A stretch of 64,000 bases of DNA, taken from the NCBI GenBank assembly GCA_965215185.1, contig OZ244034.1:480001-544000 (forward strand). Reading direction: 5' to 3'. The DNA is from Acidimicrobiia bacterium (GTDB taxonomy: Bacteria > Actinomycetota > Acidimicrobiia > Spongiisociales > ZC4RG35). Position 1 is the stretch's first letter. Each line of letters opens with the position of its first letter. Below are positions 20,893 to 30,941 of this stretch, piece after piece. A program made the position numbers and the translations under genes. The notes under the pieces are model-generated. The model made no database searches and had not been told where the DNA came from. It was given only the letters and a program-made list of their open reading frames with translations.

Positions 20893-21654
20893 ATGCCGAA
20901 TCAGATAGACGTAGTCATCCAGCCGGTGGTGCTGAGGTTTAGCTTGTTGGATGACGAGGTCGTCTACTTCTTCGCGGCCGACACCGAGGCAGTCCTGGAC
21001 CGCATGGAGTTGATGATGGGCATTAATCCGGAGGAAGACACGCTGTTCGACTCCAACCTGGGATTCTTGCCGGTATCCACCACGGTGTTGATCAGAGGTG
21101 AGAAGAACATCCTGGTCGATCCCGGCAACCATCACACCGGCTTCTACGGGCAACTTGCCATCGGACTGAAGCGCTTCGATCTGACGCCGGCAGAGATCGA
21201 CCTGGTGGTGTGCACTCATTGCCATCACGATCACATGGGCAGCGCCTTCCGCATTCCGGGCGCCGACATCGTGCTGGGGGAGGGCGAGGCGGATTTCTGC
21301 GAGGAGTTGTATGGAACGGCCGAGACCGAAGCGCGGCTGTCGGTGATGGGGTCCCTGATCGAGGTGGGCAGGGGACAAGAGTTGGAGTTAATGCCCGGAG
21401 TGGTGGCGATTTCCACCCCGGGGCACACCCCCGGTCATATCAGCGTGATGGCCGAGAATGAAGAGGGGGAACGGGTGATAGTGGCCGGTGACACGGTGAT
21501 GACCCGCCGGGAGTACTCGGAGCGTTCGTTTTCCCACTGGTACACCGATGATCAATTGCGAGGACTTCACTCCAGCCTGGACCGGATTCATTCCCTCCGG
21601 CCCAACACGGTAATGCCGGGCCACGATCGGGCTTTCGCTCCCCGGGAGCAATAG
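20893..21654 (+). CDS. Metallo-beta-lactamase-fold hydrolase
   Basis: THCHHDHMG, TPGHTPGH, AGD, PGH; SD GAGGAG. Confidence 0.88.
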   Translation: MPNQIDVVIQPVVLRFSLLDDEVVYFFAADTEAVLDRMELMMGINPEEDTLFDSNLGFLPVSTTVLIRGEKNILVDPGNHHTGFYGQLAIGLKRFDLTPAEIDLVVCTHCHHDHMGSAFRIPGADIVLGEGEADFCEELYGTAETEARLSVMGSLIEVGRGQELELMPGVVAISTPGHTPGHISVMAENEEGERVIVAGDTVMTRREYSERSFSHWYTDDQLRGLHSSLDRIHSLRPNTVMPGHDRAFAPREQ

Positions 21655-21655
21655 G

Positions 21656-22672
21656 ATGGCGCTCCTGCGGACCGCGGTAGTGGGAACGGGGGCCATCGGG
21701 TCGCTTCACGCCCGCATCTACGCCGAACATCCTCTTTCCCAGTTGGTAGGAATCGTCGACGCCAACCCCGAGACAGCTCAGACGGTGGCCGAAGGTTTGG
21801 GGGTGCCCTGGTTCACAAGCGTTTCGGATCTCATGGCTGCCTGCGATTTCGATGCCGCCTCGGTCTCGGTTCCCGAGCACTATCGCTACGAGACGGCCAT
21901 GCCTTTGGCCAGGGCCGGGAAGCACCTGCTGCTGGAGAAGCCGTTGGCGCCCACCTTGAATGAGGTGGACCGGTTGGTGACCGATTTGCGGGCCACCGGG
22001 GTGCTCACCATGGTGAATTTCATCCTCCGCTTCGATGCCCGGTATTCGGAGGCCAAGGCGGCGGCGGCGGCCGGCCAATTGGGGGAAATCAACACCATCT
22101 TCACCCGCCGCCGGGGCTCTTACCTGGGAGCTGATATCTATGGAGTCTGGACCGATCTATTGATCTCCACCGGCATACATGATCTGGACGCCATGGCCTG
22201 GTTGGCGGACTCCCCGGTCACCCGGGTGTATGCCGAAACCATCTCCCGCCGCCTGGCGCCCTACGGACATGACGATGCGGCCATGGTGATGGTGCGATTC
22301 GAAAGTGGGACGATCGGGGTGTTGGAGACCAGTTGGGTGCTGCCCACGTCAGTACCTGCTCCGTTGGATGCCTCCCTGCAGGCGGTAGGAACCGAAGGCG
22401 GAGTATTCATCGACGGGTCCAATCACGGATTGTCCGTGGTGGGCGGCGATCGCTATTCCATGCCCGACCTCGCCCACTGGCCGATAGTGCGGGGCCGGGT
22501 GGGAGGAGACCTGGCCGCCTCGCTGGATCACTTCATTTGCTCGGTGAGGGCGGGCGTCGCTCCCCAAATGACTCTCGAACAGGCCCGCCACGCCCATGCC
22601 ATGGTGGATGCCGCCAAGCGCTCGGCGGCTGTCAACGCACCAGTGGGGCTAACTCCACCGCCCTGCGGATAG
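21656..22672 (+). CDS. Gfo/Idh/MocA family oxidoreductase
   Basis: GTGAIG, LLEKP, NFILRF, GIHDLD. Confidence 0.9.
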   Translation: MALLRTAVVGTGAIGSLHARIYAEHPLSQLVGIVDANPETAQTVAEGLGVPWFTSVSDLMAACDFDAASVSVPEHYRYETAMPLARAGKHLLLEKPLAPTLNEVDRLVTDLRATGVLTMVNFILRFDARYSEAKAAAAAGQLGEINTIFTRRRGSYLGADIYGVWTDLLISTGIHDLDAMAWLADSPVTRVYAETISRRLAPYGHDDAAMVMVRFESGTIGVLETSWVLPTSVPAPLDASLQAVGTEGGVFIDGSNHGLSVVGGDRYSMPDLAHWPIVRGRVGGDLAASLDHFICSVRAGVAPQMTLEQARHAHAMVDAAKRSAAVNAPVGLTPPPCG

Positions 22673-22687
22673 GGGCGGCGGTCGCCG

Positions 22688-24151
22688 ATGGTAAAGCCCA
22701 GGATTGGGGTGGCGTCTCTGGTTCAGGAGACCAACACCTTCAGTCCCAAACCCACGGTATGGGAAGACTTCACCGTCCTGTGGGGCAGGGAGGCGGAGGA
22801 GGCTTTGGTGAATACCAACACGGAGTTTGCCGGAGCCATGGCGGAAGTCGGGCGGTTGGGGGTGGAACCGATTCCCCTGATCGCAGCATGGGCTATTCCT
22901 TCGGGACCCGTCACGGAGGAGACCTTCCAAAGACTGGTCGGATTGCTCGGCGACGCCTTGCAGAAGGCCGGTCCGCTCGATGGGCTGGTGTTGTCCCTCC
23001 ACGGAGCGATGGTTTCCGAAAACACATTTGACGCCGATTCGGTGCTCATAGAAATTGCCCGCAGGAGGATGGGCGGGGCACCGGTGGGGGTGTGCCTGGA
23101 TCTTCATGCCAACTTGACCGCCCGGATGGTGGAGTTGGCGGATGTGATGGTGGGGTATCACACCGAGCCGCATATCGACATGGGATCGACTGGGGAGCGA
23201 ATCGCCCGTCTGTTGGCTGCCACGGTGCGAAGCGAGATCACGCCTGCCATGGCGCTGGCCAAGAGGTCACTCCTGATCCCCGCCGAGGGGATGCGCACTG
23301 ACGTGGGTCCGATGTCGGAAGTCAGAAAAATGGCCGATGGTTTGACCAGGGATCGGATCTTGGATGTATCCCTCTTTCCTGTCCAACCTTGGTTGGATGT
23401 GCCAGAACTCGGCCTGGGAGTGCTGGTGGTTACCGACGACGATCACGAAGGCGCCTCTATGGTGGCCGAGGAGTTGGCATATGAGGTTTGGAGGCGGCGG
23501 GGAAGAATGATCACCCCTCGGATCCTTTCTACCTCGGTGGCTTTTGCGACCGCCCGCCTTTCATCGACCCGGCCGTTTGTGATGGCGCACACGGCCGACT
23601 GCCCCACTGCCGGGGCTTCCGGAGATGATCCGATACTGGTGACCGAAGCTGCTCGACACGGGGCCGACTTGAGAGTAATGCACTCGGTGTTGGACCCTGA
23701 CGCCGCCCGGCACTGTGCCCGCGCCGTGGGGACCAGAACGAGGGTCGAAGTGGGGGGAGGCATCAATCCCGCCGCCCACCCGGTGACCGTGGAGGGGTTG
23801 GTGACCGGTGCTGGAGCGGGGAGCTACCGGCTGACGGGATGTTCTTTTACCGGTAGGGAAGTATCGATGGGGGAGTGGGCCGTTCTCACTACGGGCCGCC
23901 ACCATCTTCTCATCTCTTCCCGGCCCGCCATTACCGCTGACCCGGCCACCTGGCGACACGCTGGCTTGGATCCTGACCGGACGGATGTGTTGGTCGTGCG
24001 ATCCTGTAGTGACTACCGGGCAAACTTCCCGTCGGCGGCCCCCGAGGCCATCACCCTTGACTTGCCCGGCGCCAGCGCCCCCCGCCTGGAGTATCTGCGC
24101 TTTGAGAACGCCCCCCGGCCCCTCTATCCTCTCGATCCAACTTTGATCTGA
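22688..24151 (+). CDS. M81 family (MlrC-like) metallopeptidase/deacylase
   Basis: QETNTFS, LSLHGAM, DLHAN, YHTEPHID, D.PTAGASGD. Confidence 0.88.
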   Translation: MVKPRIGVASLVQETNTFSPKPTVWEDFTVLWGREAEEALVNTNTEFAGAMAEVGRLGVEPIPLIAAWAIPSGPVTEETFQRLVGLLGDALQKAGPLDGLVLSLHGAMVSENTFDADSVLIEIARRRMGGAPVGVCLDLHANLTARMVELADVMVGYHTEPHIDMGSTGERIARLLAATVRSEITPAMALAKRSLLIPAEGMRTDVGPMSEVRKMADGLTRDRILDVSLFPVQPWLDVPELGLGVLVVTDDDHEGASMVAEELAYEVWRRRGRMITPRILSTSVAFATARLSSTRPFVMAHTADCPTAGASGDDPILVTEAARHGADLRVMHSVLDPDAARHCARAVGTRTRVEVGGGINPAAHPVTVEGLVTGAGAGSYRLTGCSFTGREVSMGEWAVLTTGRHHLLISSRPAITADPATWRHAGLDPDRTDVLVVRSCSDYRANFPSAAPEAITLDLPGASAPRLEYLRFENAPRPLYPLDPTLI

Positions 24152-24543
24152 ACCCCGCCGACACGCATGAACTAGTTGATTTCTCAACCGCTGTCCTCGT
24201 GATGGCGATCATCGAAAATCACCACCACCCGAATAAATCAGCAGAGTCCTAGGGCGGGTAGCGGCCTACCAAATGGCGTTGAACCAGGTCGGCATTTTGG
24301 AACGGGTAACACAGACCAAAGCCTGAACAGCCGGTGACGCGTTTTTGCTGTCCCCGACCGACACCCCCCACCCCCATCGCACCCCCGACGGCGGCAAACC
24401 CCTCAAAACCCCCAAATTCACGGTTTTGTGTACAAAATGTCAGGTTTCGAGCGACCGTACGGCGCGTTTCGGGCGACAAAAGGCCCATCAGGAGTGGTCA
24501 AACCGCGCCCCAGCAGTGGCCCGGCCGGCCTTTAATTGAGAAT

Positions 24544-24618
24544 ATCTGTGTTCCTACACGCGCGTAGGAACACAGATCCGGCTTTTGTTTCGTGTTCCTA
24601 CACGCGCGTAGGAACACA
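24544..24618. repeat. Doublet of palindromes (REP-like)
   Basis: GTGTTCCTAC-ACGCGC-GTAGGAACAC at 24548-24573 and 24592-24617; first copy extends to a 14-bp stem (24544-24577). Confidence 0.8.
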
Positions 24619-24699
24619 ACCGCCGCCCTGCGGGCCGCTGTCCTGGGCATCGCCTGGTCCCTTTTTGGGTGCCTGGTTTAGTGCCCCTGGGACACTGCA

Positions 24700-25070
24700 C
24701 TCACAGCGCTCCATGGGGTATCGCGTGACTGTTGGTGGATGATGTTGGTAAGCGCAGCGTGGCAGATGGAACGGGCTGACCGCGGTTGGGAGCGCCAAGC
24801 ATAGAAACCGGACTCTCACTTCTAATACTCGACACGCCACCTGGATGGGTAGTCCTTCGGTTCTCATGGTCTGGATCACTGCGAAGCGTCTTTTGGGGAC
24901 ACCACCTTGGTTTTCAGCAGTTCTATGGCCCGTTTCGCGGCGGGCAGCCACCGGTTCCGCCTGTTCCTCCGAAGTGGAACCCGGTTCGACACCGCGGTCG
25001 ATTTGGGCTTGACGTCGCCAGTTAGACCGTCTGGTCTCACACCCAAGATCGGCTGACAAAGACGCCACCG
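24700..25070 (-). mobile_element. IS3-family transposase remnant (orfA/orfB fragments, frameshifted)
   Basis: VASLSADLG...NWRRQAQIDRG.EPG.TSEE; LPIQVACRVL. Confidence 0.7.
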
Positions 25071-25074
25071 ACCC

Positions 25075-25333
25075 ACCAACCTTGACATCTACTTCTGCGA
25101 CCCCCAAGCACCATGGCAGCGTGGAACCAACGAGAACACCAACGGTTTGCTCCGCCAGTACTTCCCGAAAGGCACCGATCTCAGCAGACACTCCCGGGAC
25201 GACCTCGACGCTGTCGCCGCAGCTCTAAACAGCCGACCCCGCAAAACCCTGGATTGGAAGACCCCCGCCGAGACCCTCAACGAACACCTACACTCTCTCA
25301 AACAAGGCAGTGTTGCGACGACCCCTTGAACCT
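25075..25333 (+). mobile_element. IS30-family transposase 3' remnant
   Basis: [33 protein letters not shown]...[16 protein letters not shown], ends VATTP*. Confidence 0.9.
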
Positions 25334-25339
25334 GAGCCA

Positions 25340-25614
25340 GCTACCGGAGGTTGGTGTGGTCGCCGGACAGTTCACGGCTGGTGTGCAACACACCACATGT
25401 GGACGAGGCCTCCCTGGTCTTTCTTGACCTTTCCAAGGGGGAGACGTTGAGTGTGCCCGTGGGGTGGGCACGAAAGGCGGTGTGGTCACCCGACAGCACC
25501 GGAGTGGCCTGCCACACAGACAGCGGGTTGTTCATCATTGCCGCAGGCGATGGGCGAATACACAGGGTCGTTTCCGACGGCAACATAGCGGACATTAGTT
25601 GGGTAGCAGGCTGA
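25340..25614 (+). pseudogene. C-terminal fragment of a TolB/PD40-repeat beta-propeller protein
   Basis: VWSPDSSRL and VWSPDSTGV repeats; 5' end abuts the IS30 remnant. Confidence 0.6.
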
Positions 25615-25719
25615 CCCACCGGCGGCCGCCTTACCTCCATCAGAGACAAACCAGGTGCCAAGGGCTAGGCTGGCGTCCCCTTCGTCGCCCCTGTCCTCAG
25701 GCAAACCGGGATGAATTGA

Positions 25720-25897
25720 TTCGACACACCCAAGATACTCCGCGAGGGACGCCACGGACCTGCCGGCTGCAAGCCGGTCCAACACTTTGCAACGGTACTC
25801 GGGCGGATGTCGATAAGGCATGACAAACCACTACCGTTCGGCAACACCTCGCGCGGCTAAGTCCGGGGTCGGCAACTGTCCAGCAGACCGCTAACAC
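25720..25897 (-). mobile_element. IS3-family left end and orfA 5' remnant
   Basis: MPYRHPPEYRCKVLDRLAAGRSVASLAEYLG (HTH start of IS3 OrfA); upstream sequence begins TG. Confidence 0.65.
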
Positions 25898-26472
25898 AAC
25901 TGGCATGGCGCACACAGCAGGCAACGACCAGCGCGAGCGCTCACTTGTGGGTGTGACGACCGCCGGCGCGGAACTCTGAATAACGGGTAGTGGGCCAGTT
26001 TGACTCTCTGATCTCCGGCTTTACCCAGCAAAGCGACCCGAGTGGGGTTCCTCACCTTCGGGTTGGCCCCGCCGGTTGCATGCCCCAACCCTAAGAAGCT
26101 ACCTACGGCCAGGAAACGGTGCTCACCTATCTCACCTACGTGTCCACCGGAAACTCCACAACCGGGTACGCCCAAGTGAAACCCTAACCAAAACGGTTTG
26201 GCTAAGAACTAAAACACGCTTCAAGTATCGTCGGAGTCGTTGGTTCCGCCGGGCATTTCCGTTTCGCCTCCCACATGAATGTACCCACTCACGCGAGCAT
26301 CGCCGAACACCCGAGCATCCGCGAACACCTCGGCATGGCGAACACCCCTCCCGGTGTGGGTGGGACGGGCCGGATGGTCCAAGCAAGGGGGCTTCGAGTT
26401 GTACTTGCTTGATCGCCGCCGGGCATCATCCCGGGTGCACCCAACAACGCCGAGCGTATAGAGAGTTTTCTC

Positions 26473-26865
26473 TTGTCCTACTGGGGTGACACTCCTGACG
26501 ACGTTGATCCTTTTGAGGCGAGACTGGAGCGTTTTCTGGATCTGGACTCGGGTATCGATTTCATCGGCAGGGATGCTCTGCTGCAAAAGGGGGCCGATGG
26601 TCTGAAGCGACAGTTGGTGGGTGTGTGGATCGAAGGCCCTGACATGGGGGCTCTGGAGCACCCTTGGCTGGTGACGGCAGGAGCCAAACCGGTGGGGAGC
26701 GTACGGGCCGCAGCCTGTTTACCGAGGCTGGCACGCAATATCGGATTGGCATTGATTGACGTCCCCCACAATCGGACAGGCACGGCTTTGACGGTTCACC
26801 ATCCCACTGGTCCCCGTGACGTCGAAGTGGCTGATCTACCACCCTGCAGCCCCGGCCGACTCTGA
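26473..26865 (+). pseudogene. GcvT/aminomethyltransferase C-terminal fragment
   Basis: PFEARLERFLDLD..DFIGRDAL, PRLARNIGLA; N-terminal two-thirds absent. Confidence 0.75.
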
Positions 26866-26925
26866 CACATAGGACATCGGGGCCTTCGCCGACAGCCCGT
26901 TTAGTTGGCGGCTAATGTCTTGGTC

Positions 26926-28182
26926 GTGCCTGAGTTAACTGCCCTTGAACATGATGTGCTTTCCTATTTGGAAGACACCGCATCCGAACAATTGGCGTTC
27001 GCCCGAGAGCTGATTGCCACCCCCAGTCCGAATCCACCCGGTGATGAGCGGGCGGTGGCTGCCATGGTGCGAGAGCGGCTGGAACGGCTGGGAATCACCG
27101 ACATAACAGAGTTAGCCGTGGTGTCCGAGCGTCCCAATCTGGTGGTGAGGATTCCCGGCGCCGGGGACGGACCCAGTCTTATTCTGTCCGGGCACCTGGA
27201 CACCAAGCCGGCGGGGGACATGGCCCGCTGGGAGACGGATCCCTGGGATCCCGTGATTCGCAACGGCGACCTCTTCGGGCTCGGTTCGGGGGACATGAAA
27301 GTAGCGGTGGCCGCCATGGTGTACTCGGCGGCGGCGCTCTCCCGTACGACGGGATGGCCGGGCGAACTCCAACTGGTGTTCACTGCCGACGAGGAGGCAG
27401 GTTCTACTTTGGGCTCCAAGTGGATGGCCAAAGAGGGATACCTGCGGGCGGATGCGGCCATCATCGGCGAGCCGTGTGGGGTGGTGGCCGAATGGGAGAA
27501 CATCGGGGTGGTTTCCCGGGGTGGGGTGCTCTTCAAGGTGGAGGTGATAGGCACCCAGATGCATTCCAGCGTCTCCGACCGGTTCGATCCGATCAACGCC
27601 ACCGTGGAGATGGCCTGGCTCATCCAGAGGATGCACACTCAGATGAAGGGCTACTTGACTTACGAACCCCATCACCTGGGTGGCTCCGGTCCAACTGTGA
27701 ATGTAGGGGTGATGTCGGAGTCAGGGGTTTTCTACGGCGTATATCCGGGGAACGGTTGGTTCGCCTGTGATATCCGTACAGTTCCCGGAATGACCGTGGA
27801 GAGCGTCACTGCCGACCTACATCGTTTTCTGGACGATGCGATGGCCGAAAACCCACGCCTGCAGGCCGCGTTGAAAATGGAGGGAGGGATCGAAGCTACT
27901 GAGATTTCCTTTGATCATCCGGTAGTGAGCGCCATTCAGCACGCTTCCTCCCATGTGTTGAGAAAACGGCTGGCCCCGGCCATATTCCCCGGCGCCACCG
28001 ACGCCTACAGCTTTCAGGCCACGGCCGGCATCCCTTCGATAGCGGCTTTCGGACCCGGTTATCTACCCCGTGCTCACTCACCCAACGAACACCTGGCAGC
28101 CACCGGCGTGTACGAAGCCTCTCGCATATACGCCCTGGCCGCCCTGCGTTACCTCACCGACACTGAACGGGAAGGGATCTGA
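26926..28182 (+). CDS. M20 family (ArgE/DapE-like) deacylase
   Basis: SGHLDT, GLGSGDMK, ADEEAG, IGEP, GATDA, AHSPNE. Confidence 0.92.
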   Translation: MPELTALEHDVLSYLEDTASEQLAFARELIATPSPNPPGDERAVAAMVRERLERLGITDITELAVVSERPNLVVRIPGAGDGPSLILSGHLDTKPAGDMARWETDPWDPVIRNGDLFGLGSGDMKVAVAAMVYSAAALSRTTGWPGELQLVFTADEEAGSTLGSKWMAKEGYLRADAAIIGEPCGVVAEWENIGVVSRGGVLFKVEVIGTQMHSSVSDRFDPINATVEMAWLIQRMHTQMKGYLTYEPHHLGGSGPTVNVGVMSESGVFYGVYPGNGWFACDIRTVPGMTVESVTADLHRFLDDAMAENPRLQAALKMEGGIEATEISFDHPVVSAIQHASSHVLRKRLAPAIFPGATDAYSFQATAGIPSIAAFGPGYLPRAHSPNEHLAATGVYEASRIYALAALRYLTDTEREGI

Positions 28183-28230
28183 GCCGTTTCTCGGGTGCCG
28201 AGCGCCGGGGCCCTATATCGGGACCCAGGA

Positions 28231-28620
28231 GGAGGGAACGAGTTCGCCTGTAAGCCGGATTCTGTGAGGGCCGCTTCCGACCCCCGGTGACCATCCATCT
28301 GGGGGCACCGTTGCCGGTGACCTCATGCGGCTCACCCGGGACGATTCAACGGGCCATTTCGTTCCTGCTTAGCCTTGCTCCGAGTGGGGTTTACCGAGCC
28401 GCCCCGGTTGCCCGGGGCGCTGGTGGTCTCTTACACCACCGTTTCACCCTTACCTGTGCGCTCTTTTCAGAGGCCATCGGCGGTCTGTTCTCTGTGGCAC
28501 TTTCCGTCGGGTCGCCCCGCCTGGGCGTTACCCAGCACCCTGCCCTATGGAGTCCGGACTTTCCTCAAGCGTCGAGAGTAAACCCGCCGCCCGCGGCCAC
28601 CCGGCGAACTCGTTCCCTCC
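28231..28620 (-). ncRNA. rnpB: RNase P RNA (bacterial type A)
   Basis: Minus strand has GAGGAAAGTCCGGACT, GAAAGTGCCACAGA, GGTAAACCCC, ACAGAATCCGGCTTA; ends pair over 18 bp (28231-28248 with 28603-28620). Confidence 0.97.
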
Positions 28621-28708
28621 ATATGATATGTTCACCTTTGCCGCAACGCTGTGGGGTTGGAGAGAGGGAGACTGGATTTGGTTTGGGTGGTACTCCGTGG
28701 ACGCTCGG

Positions 28709-29095
28709 TCAACGGCGGCCGGTCCACCATCCGGCCAGGCCGCCGAAGACTGTTCCTAGGGCTGCTGCTGAGAGGACTTGCAGGGATGTGACGTTGGCTC
28801 CTCCACTGGCGGCAAGCATGACCAGGGCTGCGACTATCAGCAGTCCGGTCAGCGACCCGTGGAAACGCTGGCTCACCGCGACTGATCGCCCGGACACCCA
28901 TCCACCCACCAGGACCCCTACCACTAAACCCGCCACCGCCCCACCACCGCGACTGTCAGCACTTCCGAAGCCGGGAAACACTTCCCATCCGAGAGCGCCC
29001 AGCCACCATTCGATCAGGGTTACGAATGCCACCGCCAGCAGTCCCACCGCGGTCCCCATCACCAGTGCCCGCAACCTGATTCGTGGAATTATCAC
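28709..29095 (-). CDS. Hypothetical 4-TM membrane protein
   Basis: Gly-rich hydrophobic helices; start uncertain. Confidence 0.65.
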   Translation of the reverse strand: MIIPRIRLRALVMGTAVGLLAVAFVTLIEWWLGALGWEVFPGFGSADSRGGGAVAGLVVGVLVGGWVSGRSVAVSQRFHGSLTGLLIVAALVMLAASGGANVTSLQVLSAAALGTVFGGLAGWWTGRR

Positions 29096-29190
29096 CCTTT
29101 TCGCCTCTCTGTTGGACGTTGGCCCTCAACCTGTAAGTTGAGAAAGGTAAAGTCTTGCATTGTTCATCGTATAGGCAGGAGGACAGTTCT

Positions 29191-29823
29191 ATGAAGCAGT
29201 CGTACGTCGCCGAGTTAATCGGAACCTTCATTTTGGTGGCAATGGGATCGATGGCTGCCCTTGCCTCAGGGGGGAATCTGCTGATCGTCGCATTCGGCTT
29301 TGGGTTTGCTCTAATGATCGCTCTCTATGCGGTCGGCCACATCTCCGGGGGACATTTCAACCCTGCAGTCAGCTTGGCAATGCGTCTGGGGGGCGCCCTC
29401 CGCACCTCCGACATGATCGGATACTGGGTTGCCCAGGTGGTGGGTGCAGTGCTGGCCTCCTTGGCAGTGCTGGCCATGCTGGGATCGGATGCGGTGGCCG
29501 ACACGATGAACACCTTCGCGGATGCGGGGCCGGCTTTCGGCGCGGAGATCCTTCTCACCGGCGCCTTTGTGTTGGTGATCATGGTGGTGGGTAGCCAAAA
29601 CCTTGGGCACGCCCGGACTGTGATATCCCTGGCTCTGGTCGGAATCCATCTGGCCGGGGTCCACATTTCCGGTGCGTCGGTCAACCCGGCCCGCTCGCTG
29701 GGCCCGGCGTTGGTGGCCGGTGACTTGAGCGACATGTGGCTGTATATCGTGGCTCCGTTGATCGGTGCGGCGGTGGCTTGGCTGATCACCAAAGTGGCGC
29801 GCACCGAAGCGGTCGACGCTTAG
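29191..29823 (+). CDS. Aquaporin (MIP family)
   Basis: SD AGGAGG; SGGHFNPAVS and GASVNPARS NPA boxes. Confidence 0.95.
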   Translation: MKQSYVAELIGTFILVAMGSMAALASGGNLLIVAFGFGFALMIALYAVGHISGGHFNPAVSLAMRLGGALRTSDMIGYWVAQVVGAVLASLAVLAMLGSDAVADTMNTFADAGPAFGAEILLTGAFVLVIMVVGSQNLGHARTVISLALVGIHLAGVHISGASVNPARSLGPALVAGDLSDMWLYIVAPLIGAAVAWLITKVARTEAVDA

Positions 29824-29835
29824 AGGAGTCCGGCG

Positions 29836-30846
29836 ATGGACTGGTCCGAAGTCCTCGGAAAACTGACAACCGGTGTGGATTTGAGCCGCGCCGAAGCGCG
29901 GGCAGCTTTGAACGACATCATGAGTGGTGGAGCAACTGCCGCTCAGACTTCGGCCTTCATAATCTCCCTCCGCATCAAGGGCGAGACCGCTGAAGAGATG
30001 GCGGGGCTGGTAGAGACGATGAGGGCGGTGGCCGTCACGGTTTCCATCGGGGAGGCGGTGGTGGACACGGCCGGCACCGGAGGCGACCGCTCCGGCACCT
30101 TCAATATCTCCACAACTGCTGCCCTGATAGCAGCAGGGGCGGGGGCCAAAGTGGCGAAACACGGCAACCGGTCGGCCTCTTCCCAATGTGGATCGGCAGA
30201 TGTGCTGGAGGCGCTGGGAGTGGGGATCGAACTGGCGCCGGAACAAACCGCAGAGATGGTGCGTGAAGCCGGATTCGGGTTCTTTTTTGCTCCTCGTTAT
30301 CACCCGGCAATGAAATACGTGGTCCCCATTCGCCGACAACTGGGTATACCCACTGTCTTCAATTTTCTGGGACCGCTGACCAATCCGGCGGGCGCCACCC
30401 GTCAGCTGATAGGGGTGTACGACAGCCGGATGGCCGAAAGGATGATCGGAGTGCTATCTCGCCTGGGAACCGAACGCGTCTTGGTAGTCCATGCCGACGA
30501 CGGGCTGGATGAAGTGTCCGTTTCGGGACCTACTCGCGGCTTCGAACTATTAGAAGGACGGATATCCCCCGTTGTGCTGGTTCCAGAGGATTTCGGTGTG
30601 ACTGCGTCGGATGTCTCCGCGTTGGTGGGCGGCGATGCCGAAACGAACGCCCGGATCCTACGTTCGGTGCTCTCGGGCGAGGTGGGCCCCCGCAGAGATG
30701 CGGCGGTAGTTAACGCCGCGGTCACCCTGATGGTGGCCGGATTGGCGGAAACTCCGGTGGAAGGGGCGCGGTTGGCGGCCGGGTCTATTGATTCGGGAGC
30801 GGCGGACCAGGTACTCAACCAGGTAATCGCACTCAGCAGTGTGTGA
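29836..30846 (+). CDS. trpD: Anthranilate phosphoribosyltransferase
   Basis: DTAGTGGD, FNIST, KHGNRS, FNFLGPLTNP, DGLDE. Confidence 0.96.
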   Translation: MDWSEVLGKLTTGVDLSRAEARAALNDIMSGGATAAQTSAFIISLRIKGETAEEMAGLVETMRAVAVTVSIGEAVVDTAGTGGDRSGTFNISTTAALIAAGAGAKVAKHGNRSASSQCGSADVLEALGVGIELAPEQTAEMVREAGFGFFFAPRYHPAMKYVVPIRRQLGIPTVFNFLGPLTNPAGATRQLIGVYDSRMAERMIGVLSRLGTERVLVVHADDGLDEVSVSGPTRGFELLEGRISPVVLVPEDFGVTASDVSALVGGDAETNARILRSVLSGEVGPRRDAAVVNAAVTLMVAGLAETPVEGARLAAGSIDSGAADQVLNQVIALSSV

Positions 30847-30941
30847 TAACCCCAGAGTGGGCACCACTGGCTGAACCCGGGATACGCTGAAGTGTTTCAC
30901 AAAAGGGGTAATGTCTGATCACTCACCTATACTTTTCCAAT

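Noticed and set aside
24380-24620. CRISPR leader or mini-array (AT-rich stretch, a GGCCGGCC..ATTGAG unit and two 26-bp repeats)
   Set aside because: Only two repeats with an 18-bp gap, fully palindromic, and no cas genes in the window.
28287-29141. 284-aa plus-strand ORF
   Set aside because: Antisense shadow of rnpB and the neighbouring membrane protein gene.
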